Sequence record: NZ_CP118102.1
DNA length: 64,000 bases
Reading direction: 5' to 3' (one strand)
From: a plasmid
How positions within the stretch are numbered: the stretch's first letter is position 1; every line of letters begins with the position of its first letter. Of the stretch, positions 19,376 to 26,726 are shown piece after piece. Both the position numbers and the translations under genes were made by a program. The notes under the pieces were generated by a model. The model was not told the DNA's origin and ran no database searches. It was given only the letters and a program-made list of their open reading frames with translations.

Positions 19376-19407
19376 AAATGACCGCTAATCTTAATTAGCG
19401 GTCATTT
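19376..19407. promoter_or_regulatory. Perfect 14-bp inverted repeat with 4-bp spacer (candidate operator or recombination site), plus a third half-site at 19341-19352
   Basis: aaatgaccgctaat ctta attagcggtcattt; upstream copy ttagcggacatc. Confidence 0.4.
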
Positions 19408-19429
19408 AATATTAGGAGATCATTCCTTC

Positions 19430-19606
19430 ATGATGGTTCGTAGAGACGATTTGCGCAACCGAGGAAACACTCGTGCAGCAAATGAATCGGCAACGAATCG
19501 CGCTATAGGAATCGTTTCTGCGCGATACTTCACGAAGCATATTTTTTATTTTAATATCAATTCGATGATGTTGCTTGTTTTGCCACCGGATGACGAACTT
19601 TTTTGA
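19430..19606 (+). CDS. Small hypothetical ORF (58 aa, Arg-rich); doubtful
   Basis: RBS AGGAGA 11 nt upstream of ATG. MMVRRDDLRNRGNTRAANESATNR... Its 3' end overlaps the converging gene 19546..19890 by 60 bp. Confidence 0.2.
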   Translation: MMVRRDDLRNRGNTRAANESATNRAIGIVSARYFTKHIFYFNINSMMLLVLPPDDELF

Positions 19607-19890
19607 CGCATTGTCATCCTCCCTGCACCTGCCATTTCCACGAGAATTTGCCCGATGGCGTTTGTGGTATCAATCACCATGTTTTTGATTGCTTTAGGTT
19701 CCAGCGTCACCCCGTTGTCGATGGCTGTGCCATCGATCACACTTGGCAATACATTGCCGTTTGCACTGTCTTTGACGACCATGTTAATATTTTTTTCTTC
19801 GTCGCTGCCATTGTTGATCGCCACCGAAAGTGTGGTTTCTCCGTTTTTGCGAGACATCGTGAACGTGGTTTTTGAACTGTTTTCAAGCAT
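19546..19890 (-). CDS. Hypothetical protein (114 aa, Asn/Ser/Thr-rich)
   Basis: ORF with coding-like composition. No family recognised from sequence alone. Confidence 0.45.
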   Translation of the reverse strand: MLENSSKTTFTMSRKNGETTLSVAINNGSDEEKNINMVVKDSANGNVLPSVIDGTAIDNGVTLEPKAIKNMVIDTTNAIGQILVEMAGAGRMTMRQKSSSSGGKTSNIIELILK

Positions 19891-19904
19891 GGGTAAACGC
19901 CTCC

Positions 19905-20273
19905 TTAAGCGATTGAATTATTTTGGTTTAACATATCAAAAATGCGCTGTTGTTTATTTTTTTCATCATCGAGCAGTTTGGAAATAATCCCTTCCAAATT
20001 CGTCGTCCCCGACGTGCCGCAGGTACAGCCGCTTGTTGATCCGCTAGAAGGCTGACAGTTACAGCAGGTACGGCATTTGCAAAACAAAAGCAATAAGGCT
20101 AAAAGCACGGAATTGTCGCTAATTTGAATTTGATTGCCAACGGTGAAGTTGTTGCCATTGGAGACGGTGTTTGCCGAGTTGTTTGCCGAGCTCGCTAACC
20201 CGTTTGCCGTGCTCACTAAGGCGCTGTTGTAGTCAAAGGTGTTGTTGGATTCACTGGTATTCGTGGATTCCAC
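19905..20273 (-). CDS. Hypothetical Asn/Ser-rich protein with Cys-rich core
   Basis: 122 aa. Core CKCRTCCNCQPSSGSTSGCTCGTSG. Divergent from the Ubl operon. Confidence 0.45.
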   Translation of the reverse strand: MESTNTSESNNTFDYNSALVSTANGLASSANNSANTVSNGNNFTVGNQIQISDNSVLLALLLLFCKCRTCCNCQPSSGSTSGCTCGTSGTTNLEGIISKLLDDEKNKQQRIFDMLNQNNSIA

Positions 20274-20407
20274 AACACATCGAAGAGCATATAAACCACC
20301 ATGGAGAGGAAGAGAACACTTTTAAACTCCCATTACCGGAACTCATTCAATTTGCAGAACTCCTTGGCAAAGAAGAAAGTGACCGGTACGTAGCCAATTT
20401 CAATAGG

Positions 20408-20812
20408 ATGTTGAATCGTAGTTGCGATTATCTAGATTTCAGTATGGAAGGGATAGTTGTAAACGCTAGTATTCAAATTACCTTGACTGGCTTCTATGGT
20501 ATTTTATCTCCCTTTCTTAAAGTGTTGTTAGAAATTAAACAAATGGTGCAGCAAGTTTTTCGTGATAGCAAGTCACAGATAACTAACAGCTCTCAGAATG
20601 TAGTTTTACTGAAGGAGCTTAATCAAAGGGTTGGATCCGTTCCTGAAGTATCCATCACTGACAGCACAACTGTTGTGTTTGCCCAGATCATGAAGTTCCT
20701 CGGTGGGAACTCATCTGAGAGCAGTGATAACTTAACCTTCAGTGATATGAGAAACATTTTAACCCATGTACTTGACCAGGTGACTATAAATAGGAAGGAT
20801 GATGTGGCATGA
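20408..20812 (+). CDS. Candidate ubiquitin-like protein precursor (first gene of the Ubl-E2-JAB-E1 operon); start uncertain
   Basis: 134 aa from the first in-frame ATG. No good RBS. The frame is open back to 20171 without a canonical start. Internal ...FAQIMKFLGG at residues 92-101, followed by a 33-aa tail. Stop overlaps the next start (ATGA). Confidence 0.4.
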   Translation: MLNRSCDYLDFSMEGIVVNASIQITLTGFYGILSPFLKVLLEIKQMVQQVFRDSKSQITNSSQNVVLLKELNQRVGSVPEVSITDSTTVVFAQIMKFLGGNSSESSDNLTFSDMRNILTHVLDQVTINRKDDVA

Positions 20813-21522
20813 GCCAGCAGCATTTAGTAGAGAAAAACAATACAGGAAATGAAATGGTTATTCGGATCCGCGACCATTATGCACTTCCCATTGTTGAGGA
20901 GTATATTGACGGTGTTAAAGTCGGTGAAGGTATTTATACACATGAAGCGGTTGCCAGTGCTATTCTTCAGTCTCTAGAAACTGGATTAGTACGAACACCT
21001 GTCATGCCAAGAGGTGCTCTCCATTTCGTTGAAATAACGAAGTCCCGTCAGTTTATCTTTATGGAGGTGTCTCCTCAAAACAGGAAGGCTTATTATCACG
21101 AAGCCGTAATTGAGGAAGTTCCTTTTCCAAGATTGGTATTCGGCTTTGAAATTCATGAGCGTGATAAAAATTGGGCAATCAGTCAAGTATACCTTGCAGC
21201 TTTGGAGGACCAAATCATTCCCAGTGAGGAATCGATGGTCTTTTTTTATCCCTACACCAACGTTAAGGAGAATTTTCAAGTTTGCTGGGGTAGTCAGCAG
21301 TTACCGGATATTGAACGGTTATCGCAGCTATCCACTTTTCCAGAACTGTTCTTTAACTCTCCAAATTCGGACTGTTACTACTATAGTTCTAATAACAGCG
21401 ACATGAATTATCGCGAGCTGGTGACCAAGATTAAGGGAGAAAGATTTCCGCAAGAGTATCTTAAGGCGACTAATCTTACACTGCAGGCATGGTTCAATCG
21501 GATCGTTGGTTTTGAAGTGTAG
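20809..21522 (+). CDS. E2-like (UBC-fold) protein candidate
   Basis: 237 aa. FFYPYTNVKENFQVCWGS resembles the E2 HPN...C catalytic loop, with a variant YPYTN and Cys 7 residues after the Asn. Translationally coupled on both sides. Confidence 0.5.
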   Translation: MSQQHLVEKNNTGNEMVIRIRDHYALPIVEEYIDGVKVGEGIYTHEAVASAILQSLETGLVRTPVMPRGALHFVEITKSRQFIFMEVSPQNRKAYYHEAVIEEVPFPRLVFGFEIHERDKNWAISQVYLAALEDQIIPSEESMVFFYPYTNVKENFQVCWGSQQLPDIERLSQLSTFPELFFNSPNSDCYYYSSNNSDMNYRELVTKIKGERFPQEYLKATNLTLQAWFNRIVGFEV

Positions 21523-21559
21523 AACGAGATAAATATTAGTTAAATTAGGAGGAATAAAA

Positions 21560-22960
21560 ATGTCTAACAACAATTATGGTCAAGGTGATCTATTCTCTTA
21601 TTTTGGTGATGATTTCGCTGAAGCATTAGAATATGAGGAGAAGAATAAACTACAGCATACTTCTGACCAATCTATTGAAGAAGATCATAAAGATAACCCT
21701 CCATCAGAGAGTCTTACTTCTGATCCAGCAGCTGAAAAAAGTCAAGGTGAAAGCCGTCCGACGAAGCTAATCTCACTGGAATCGCGCAGAAGAGTATCAG
21801 ATTCTTTCTCTAATGATGGTTGTCCTGATGCATGTTCTGATAAAGAATTAGATGACGATGAAAAAGATGCTTTAGAGGATAAGGCAAGCGATGAACAAGA
21901 AGCGGACAAGCGTGAGCTCAGTGGGGAAAGCGGAAACACTTCTGTGATCAAATCAGATGAAAAAACACCAGTTACCGCTAAGAAGGAAATAGAAAAACCA
22001 GAACTGAATCATGCTACCTTTATTTGCTACTCAGGGCTAAGCATTTCTATAACAAAATTCTTCTCTGAGGATAAGCTAGCTGGTCTTGAGCTTGAGGATG
22101 TTCGGAAACGCCTGGAAAAAGATTACCCAGAGCTTTCAAAACAGCGGACAAAAATGGATTGGGACAAGAAGAAAAATATAATTGTGCCTATGGTCACCGG
22201 TGGAAAAAAAGGGGCCCGTTTTACAAATGGCACTCGTGGTTTTTATTCATCTTCTCAAGAACTCATTGAGCATCAGGAGCCAATATCCTACCTTGCTGCA
22301 CAAGATGGGTACTATGAAATACGAGAGAACCTGATAGGAGTATTTATAGGGAGAACGGCTGCTGAAGAGCTGATTGAATGGGAAGGATTCTCTGTATTTA
22401 ATTCAGTCTTACCCAAACATCTAGATCGTGAGCCTTGCAGACCTGGATTTAAATACAAATTACCTAAGATACCCAAGCAACTCTTTGCTCAACTGGTCTC
22501 CTTTTTTATGGACTATACAGATTACGATGTGGAGGTTATGGGTGTTTTCTACTACGATATTGATCGCCAGCAGTTTATTTTGGATGTTCCTTATCAATCT
22601 GTCACCAAATATTCAGTTAACCCTTGGTACTCTGTTTATCCCGGACATGTAGTTAAGGTCGCTGAAATCCATTCACATAACACGATGCGTGCAGATTTTA
22701 GTTCGATTGATGATGAAGATGAAGTAGGGACCATGTTATACGGAGTAGTTGGTAAGATCAAAAAAGGACATGCAACAGACGTGTTTTTTGATGTCAGGAC
22801 TCGTGCAGGAATGGCAGGAAAGTTCATACCTATCGATCCCAAGGTATTTATCGAAGGAGAATTAACGAGTAACCGGCTAAATAATCATATCGATTATGTC
22901 GCCTATCCTAAAGACTGGGTTAAAAAGGTGACAATCATAGGAGGCAATAGAAATGATTAA
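21560..22960 (+). CDS. JAB/JAMM (MPN+) metalloprotease with long acidic low-complexity N-terminal region
   Basis: 466 aa. Strong RBS AGGAGGAATAAAA before ATG. Exact JAMM motif EIHSHNTMRADFSSIDD (HxHx7Sx2D). N-terminal ~150 residues are D/E/S/K-rich. Confidence 0.8.
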   Translation: MSNNNYGQGDLFSYFGDDFAEALEYEEKNKLQHTSDQSIEEDHKDNPPSESLTSDPAAEKSQGESRPTKLISLESRRRVSDSFSNDGCPDACSDKELDDDEKDALEDKASDEQEADKRELSGESGNTSVIKSDEKTPVTAKKEIEKPELNHATFICYSGLSISITKFFSEDKLAGLELEDVRKRLEKDYPELSKQRTKMDWDKKKNIIVPMVTGGKKGARFTNGTRGFYSSSQELIEHQEPISYLAAQDGYYEIRENLIGVFIGRTAAEELIEWEGFSVFNSVLPKHLDREPCRPGFKYKLPKIPKQLFAQLVSFFMDYTDYDVEVMGVFYYDIDRQQFILDVPYQSVTKYSVNPWYSVYPGHVVKVAEIHSHNTMRADFSSIDDEDEVGTMLYGVVGKIKKGHATDVFFDVRTRAGMAGKFIPIDPKVFIEGELTSNRLNNHIDYVAYPKDWVKKVTIIGGNRND

Positions 22961-23786
22961 TCTACTTTCACTCACTCCAAACTACACATCACTTTATTAT
23001 TATATAGTCTTGATTGGTGCAGGAGGGAATGGTGGATATACGGTGCAACGTCTAACTAAGATGATGAGTGCATTTAATAATGTTCCATCCTTTCTTATGA
23101 TTGCTGATCCGGATACTGTAGAGGAAAAGAACATTCTGCGGCAGCCTTTTATCCCGTCTGATATTGGGCTCAAGAAATCCGAGGTATTAGCTAAGCGATA
23201 TGGCGGTACATATGGATTAAAGATCGGTTCTTTCTCAGATTCATATATTGAGTCGGTAGAACAAATAGAAAAACTTTTTTCTCTGACGGATTACCGGCAT
23301 AAGCCTGGACAATACATTCAAAAGGTACTTATAGGTGCTGTAGATAATGATTTTTCAAGAAACATCATGAATGATTACTTCAATCGGACGGATGATATCA
23401 TTTATATTGATGCCGGCATCGAAGGGGTTTTCATGCCAAGTGAGCAGCCACAAGATCAGTGGTCTACCGAGGAACTAAAGGACCACATGGATAGTGGCTA
23501 TTCCGGTCAGATTGTTGTAGGACTAAAAAAAGACGGGAAGGAGATCTTACCGCCTCTAAATGTGGTTTACCCTATAAATGCGGAAGATGCTATCCCTCCG
23601 TCTCACAACTGTGGGTTAGAGCCTTATCAACCACAACGGATGATCGCCAATGAATATGCTGCCATGCATATATCTACAGTTCTTAATGAGCTTTTTAGCT
23701 CAAATTCGATTCATATTCATATATCGAACTTCTCAGCAAGGAATGGTAGCTGCCGTCCTATTTATTTTGAAGAGGTACAGGAATAG
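22953..23786 (+). CDS. E1-like (ThiF/MoeB/UBA family) adenylyltransferase
   Basis: 277 aa. IVLIGAGGNGGYTVQRL...IADPDTVEEKNILRQPF (glycine-rich nucleotide loop plus DxDxVexsNLnRQ motif), ...GLKKSEVLAKR, ...GAVDNDFSRN. Start overlaps the JAB gene stop. Confidence 0.85.
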   Translation: MINLLSLTPNYTSLYYYIVLIGAGGNGGYTVQRLTKMMSAFNNVPSFLMIADPDTVEEKNILRQPFIPSDIGLKKSEVLAKRYGGTYGLKIGSFSDSYIESVEQIEKLFSLTDYRHKPGQYIQKVLIGAVDNDFSRNIMNDYFNRTDDIIYIDAGIEGVFMPSEQPQDQWSTEELKDHMDSGYSGQIVVGLKKDGKEILPPLNVVYPINAEDAIPPSHNCGLEPYQPQRMIANEYAAMHISTVLNELFSSNSIHIHISNFSARNGSCRPIYFEEVQE

Positions 23787-23805
23787 CCGCCCAATTGTCA
23801 CATTT

Positions 23806-23838
23806 AAAAAGGGGGCATAATAATTACCCCCTTTTTTC
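23806..23838 (+). terminator. Rho-independent terminator after the E1 gene
   Basis: aaaaaggggg cataataatta ccccc tttttt. Confidence 0.7.
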
Positions 23839-23858
23839 TACAATGAAACACTAGGCAA

Positions 23859-24043
23859 TTGACGAATTTTGTCTTTTTTGCTATAACTAAAGTATTACAT
23901 GAGTTATAAATTTTTCTTTATCGTTGACTATTCGATAAAGAGAGAGTTAAACCGATAATCGGCTAATAAATATTTTGGGCTTAATTTGCCATGGAGAACA
24001 TAGACACCGGAGGTGTCTATTTGTGTTTCTATGGCTTTTTTTG
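23859..24043 (+). ncRNA. Candidate small RNA or structured leader: sigma-A-like promoter followed about 100 nt later by a strong intrinsic terminator
   Basis: TTGACG (23859-23864), 17 nt, TATAAC (23882-23887). Nested hairpin ccatggagaacatagacaccggaggtgtctatttgtgtttctatgg plus T7 at 23989-24043. No ORF of meaningful size between them. Confidence 0.3.
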
Positions 24044-24156
24044 TGCCTTACGGGAGGTCATACATAATTAACGAGTACAGAGATCCTTATCAAGTTAGTG
24101 ATGAATTGTTGATCCCTGCAGAAGACTAGGTTGAAACGCTATGTGCCGAGCAATTT

Positions 24157-24954
24157 GTGCTTCCCACACTTCCACCAGAGATGTACGCTGTGGACCAGTA
24201 TGACCACTATCATATTAACTTTTCAGGGGGTGCCGACTCACTTGCGCTCGCCTTGATTATGAAATATGGATACAAAATACCATCCGAAAAGATGGTTCTT
24301 GTCCATATGCGAGTTGATGGAAATCCGGAAGAGAAGCAGCAACTCTTTGATTGGCCGCAGACCGATGAATACTTGCGATACGCAAGTGAAAAGCTGGATA
24401 TTCCATTGGTCGTTATTTGGGGTGACAAGTCACTTGAAGAACGTATTCGAGATCGCAAAATGTTTCCGGATAAAAGCTGCAGATTCTGCACTTCTTATAC
24501 GAAGCGAGACGTTTACGCAAAGTGGGTTCGTCAGTTCGATGACTGTAAAATTCTAATGCTTACTGGGGAACGCTCAGAAGAATCATCTGATCGAGCGAAG
24601 GAGCCAATATTTGAGTATCATCCTGCCCATGCAACTAAAAGAAAGAATCGTGAAGTGCATTGGTTCCGACCGATCAAGAATATGCTTAAATCCCAGGTTA
24701 AGCAGCTGGCCGCCAATTACAGTATTGAACTACACCCTTGTTATCAATGGGTTTCACGTTGCAGCTGTCGTTTCTGTATCTTTAATACCGCTTCGGAAAT
24801 GGAGCGTGTCGCTCAGCTCTACCCTGATGATTGGGAGTACTTAAAACGTATGGAGTTACATCTTGGCCATACCATGAAAACCAAAAGGGGTAAACCAGTC
24901 CTTCTTTCTGAATTTGTGAATGAATCTCAAGTCACCATATCAGACTTCATCTGA
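24157..24954 (+). CDS. PAPS-reductase-family PP-loop ATPase (phosphoadenosine phosphosulfate reductase-like)
   Basis: PP-loop SGGADS near the N-terminus. C-terminal Cys cluster CYQWVSRCSCRFC. GTG 24157 or ATG 24181 as start. Confidence 0.7.
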   Translation: MLPTLPPEMYAVDQYDHYHINFSGGADSLALALIMKYGYKIPSEKMVLVHMRVDGNPEEKQQLFDWPQTDEYLRYASEKLDIPLVVIWGDKSLEERIRDRKMFPDKSCRFCTSYTKRDVYAKWVRQFDDCKILMLTGERSEESSDRAKEPIFEYHPAHATKRKNREVHWFRPIKNMLKSQVKQLAANYSIELHPCYQWVSRCSCRFCIFNTASEMERVAQLYPDDWEYLKRMELHLGHTMKTKRGKPVLLSEFVNESQVTISDFI

Positions 24955-24993
24955 AGAGAATCGATAGAACTAACTATAAAGGAGGCAATAAAC

Positions 24994-25374
24994 ATGCAGA
25001 CAATTTTCAAAGAAAATCATAAACAACGTATGAACCCGGAGCTTATTAACCAGATGGAATCTGTAGTTAAAAGCGTTATAGTTAACGAAAAATTTCATGC
25101 AGACTTTTATTTACATGACCTTAAAGTAATGGACTCTTCCAATGGAGGAATATTTGCCTGGTATGTCTATGATTGCGGTACTCATTTAATTCAACTGAGT
25201 AATTATGATGAAGTAATCGCATTTCAAAAGGAATGGATCCAAAGCATGCCTAGCATCCGTGATAAGCATTGGAGAGATTGTTTATATGTTTGTGATACCG
25301 CCAAAAGTGAACTCAAAATCGTTAAGAGTTTTAGCGAGGGTAACTTGGTAGAGCAGCTCAAATTAGTCGTCTGA
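24994..25374 (+). CDS. Hypothetical protein (126 aa)
   Basis: RBS AAGGAGG before ATG. No family recognised. Confidence 0.5.
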   Translation: MQTIFKENHKQRMNPELINQMESVVKSVIVNEKFHADFYLHDLKVMDSSNGGIFAWYVYDCGTHLIQLSNYDEVIAFQKEWIQSMPSIRDKHWRDCLYVCDTAKSELKIVKSFSEGNLVEQLKLVV

Positions 25375-25503
25375 CTTTGGAGGGCCTTGAGAAGAGTGGA
25401 GGGTTAGCTGTCTGCAGCTAACACTTTCACTCCTCAATTAGGCTGTCCAGAGTGACACCTTTTTTAATTCATAACCCCCATACCGGAAGGAGAAATTTCA
25501 AAA

Positions 25504-25749
25504 ATGTCGCAACAATTCCACAACCAAGGTTTTATTATTATGATTGAACAGGACGCAGCAGAAAAGGATTACACAGCATATATACCAGCACTTCGACTTG
25601 GAGCCAAAGGTCATACTCTTGAAGAAGTCCGTGACAATGCTCGAGACCTAATTCTTATGGAAGTCGAGGCAATGCAAAAAAGTGGAAAATCCATTCCATC
25701 TGACGACAACTGTATTGTAGAAACACTTTCAGTTTCCCTCACAGTGTAA
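25504..25749 (+). CDS. HicB-like / UPF0150-family antitoxin-fold protein (no HicA partner seen)
   Basis: 81 aa. ...YTAYIPALRLGAKGHTLEEVRDNARDLI... is a typical HicB N-domain pattern. RBS GGAAGGAG. Confidence 0.55.
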   Translation: MSQQFHNQGFIIMIEQDAAEKDYTAYIPALRLGAKGHTLEEVRDNARDLILMEVEAMQKSGKSIPSDDNCIVETLSVSLTV

Positions 25750-25762
25750 TTTTCGAAACAAT

Positions 25763-25801
25763 AAAAGGAACGCCTTCATTCGATTGGAAGCGTTCCTTTT
25801 C
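25763..25801 (+). terminator. Rho-independent terminator
   Basis: aaaaggaacgc cttcattcgattggaa gcgttcctttt. Confidence 0.7.
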
Positions 25802-25904
25802 AATGTTGAAATTCAAGAGTCTTGCTGCTGGTTCATCTGTGTTGTATTTCAACACAATAACTACTATACTATGGTTAAATTAAGTATAGAGGAGTAAGAC
25901 AAGT

Positions 25905-26192
25905 ATGTTATTCGGTGATTATATACGTGAACTACGAAAAGCAAGAGAACTTACACAAGACCAATTATCTAATTTAACAGGGATAAAAAAGCCTTATATT
26001 AGCCGTCTAGAAAATAATCACGATAATCCACCTAGCGAAGAGTTGTTGATTCGTCTTGCTGAAGCATTAGAAGTAGAAACGTATGAATTGATTCTTAAGG
26101 CCGGTAAAGTTCCAGAGGATTTCAAAAATCTTATAATTTATGATCCTGAGGTATATAGATTCCTGGTTAAAAAAATTAAACAAAGTAAATGA
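25905..26192 (+). CDS. XRE-family HTH transcriptional regulator
   Basis: LTQDQLSNLTGIKKPYISRLENNHDNPPSEELLIRLAEAL is a canonical HTH_3 pattern. Confidence 0.8.
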   Translation: MLFGDYIRELRKARELTQDQLSNLTGIKKPYISRLENNHDNPPSEELLIRLAEALEVETYELILKAGKVPEDFKNLIIYDPEVYRFLVKKIKQSK

Positions 26193-26258
26193 AAAAATAT
26201 ATAAAAAACAACCAGATAATAAGGTGCTTTTATCTGGTTGAAACATAAGGAGGCATTT

Positions 26259-26561
26259 ATGCTGAAAAAGATAAACTTCAGAGGCTCAGATTATTTCATA
26301 CATAAAATTAAATATCCGGACAATAAGAATACTTGTATCATCCTAGACCCTAATGAGCAGCTTATCAATAATGAAGATTTATACGTAGTCTCCGTTAACC
26401 TTGATTTAGGAGAACCATTTCTTGATTTTATCCCATTTGATGTTAATAAACTACCTATGTACTTGATGTCTGATCTTATTGAAATGGAAGTATTGGCAGC
26501 CCCAACTCACCAAGTGAAGTCCGGTTTTGTTACATACCCACTTTGTAAAGTATTAATTTAA
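26259..26561 (+). CDS. Hypothetical protein (101 aa)
   Basis: ORF followed by palindromic terminator-like element aaacagtgattgttacaatcactgttt (26566-26592). Confidence 0.45.
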   Translation: MLKKINFRGSDYFIHKIKYPDNKNTCIILDPNEQLINNEDLYVVSVNLDLGEPFLDFIPFDVNKLPMYLMSDLIEMEVLAAPTHQVKSGFVTYPLCKVLI

Positions 26562-26726
26562 TTCAAACAGTGATTGTTACAATCACTGTTTACATGCATG
26601 CAGCGATCACGATCAGCTGCTATTCCCCTATAAATTGATCCTTGAAATGATGAAATCTGCATTTACTTGCGAAAGAGTAATAGACTTTGAAGTGAGAGCA
26701 ACCTACTTATAGACCGGTTGCTCTTT

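Noticed and set aside
25375-25503. HicA toxin partner for the HicB-like gene
   Set aside because: No suitable 55-65-aa ORF with HicA features lies upstream or downstream, so the HicB-like protein is treated as an orphan.
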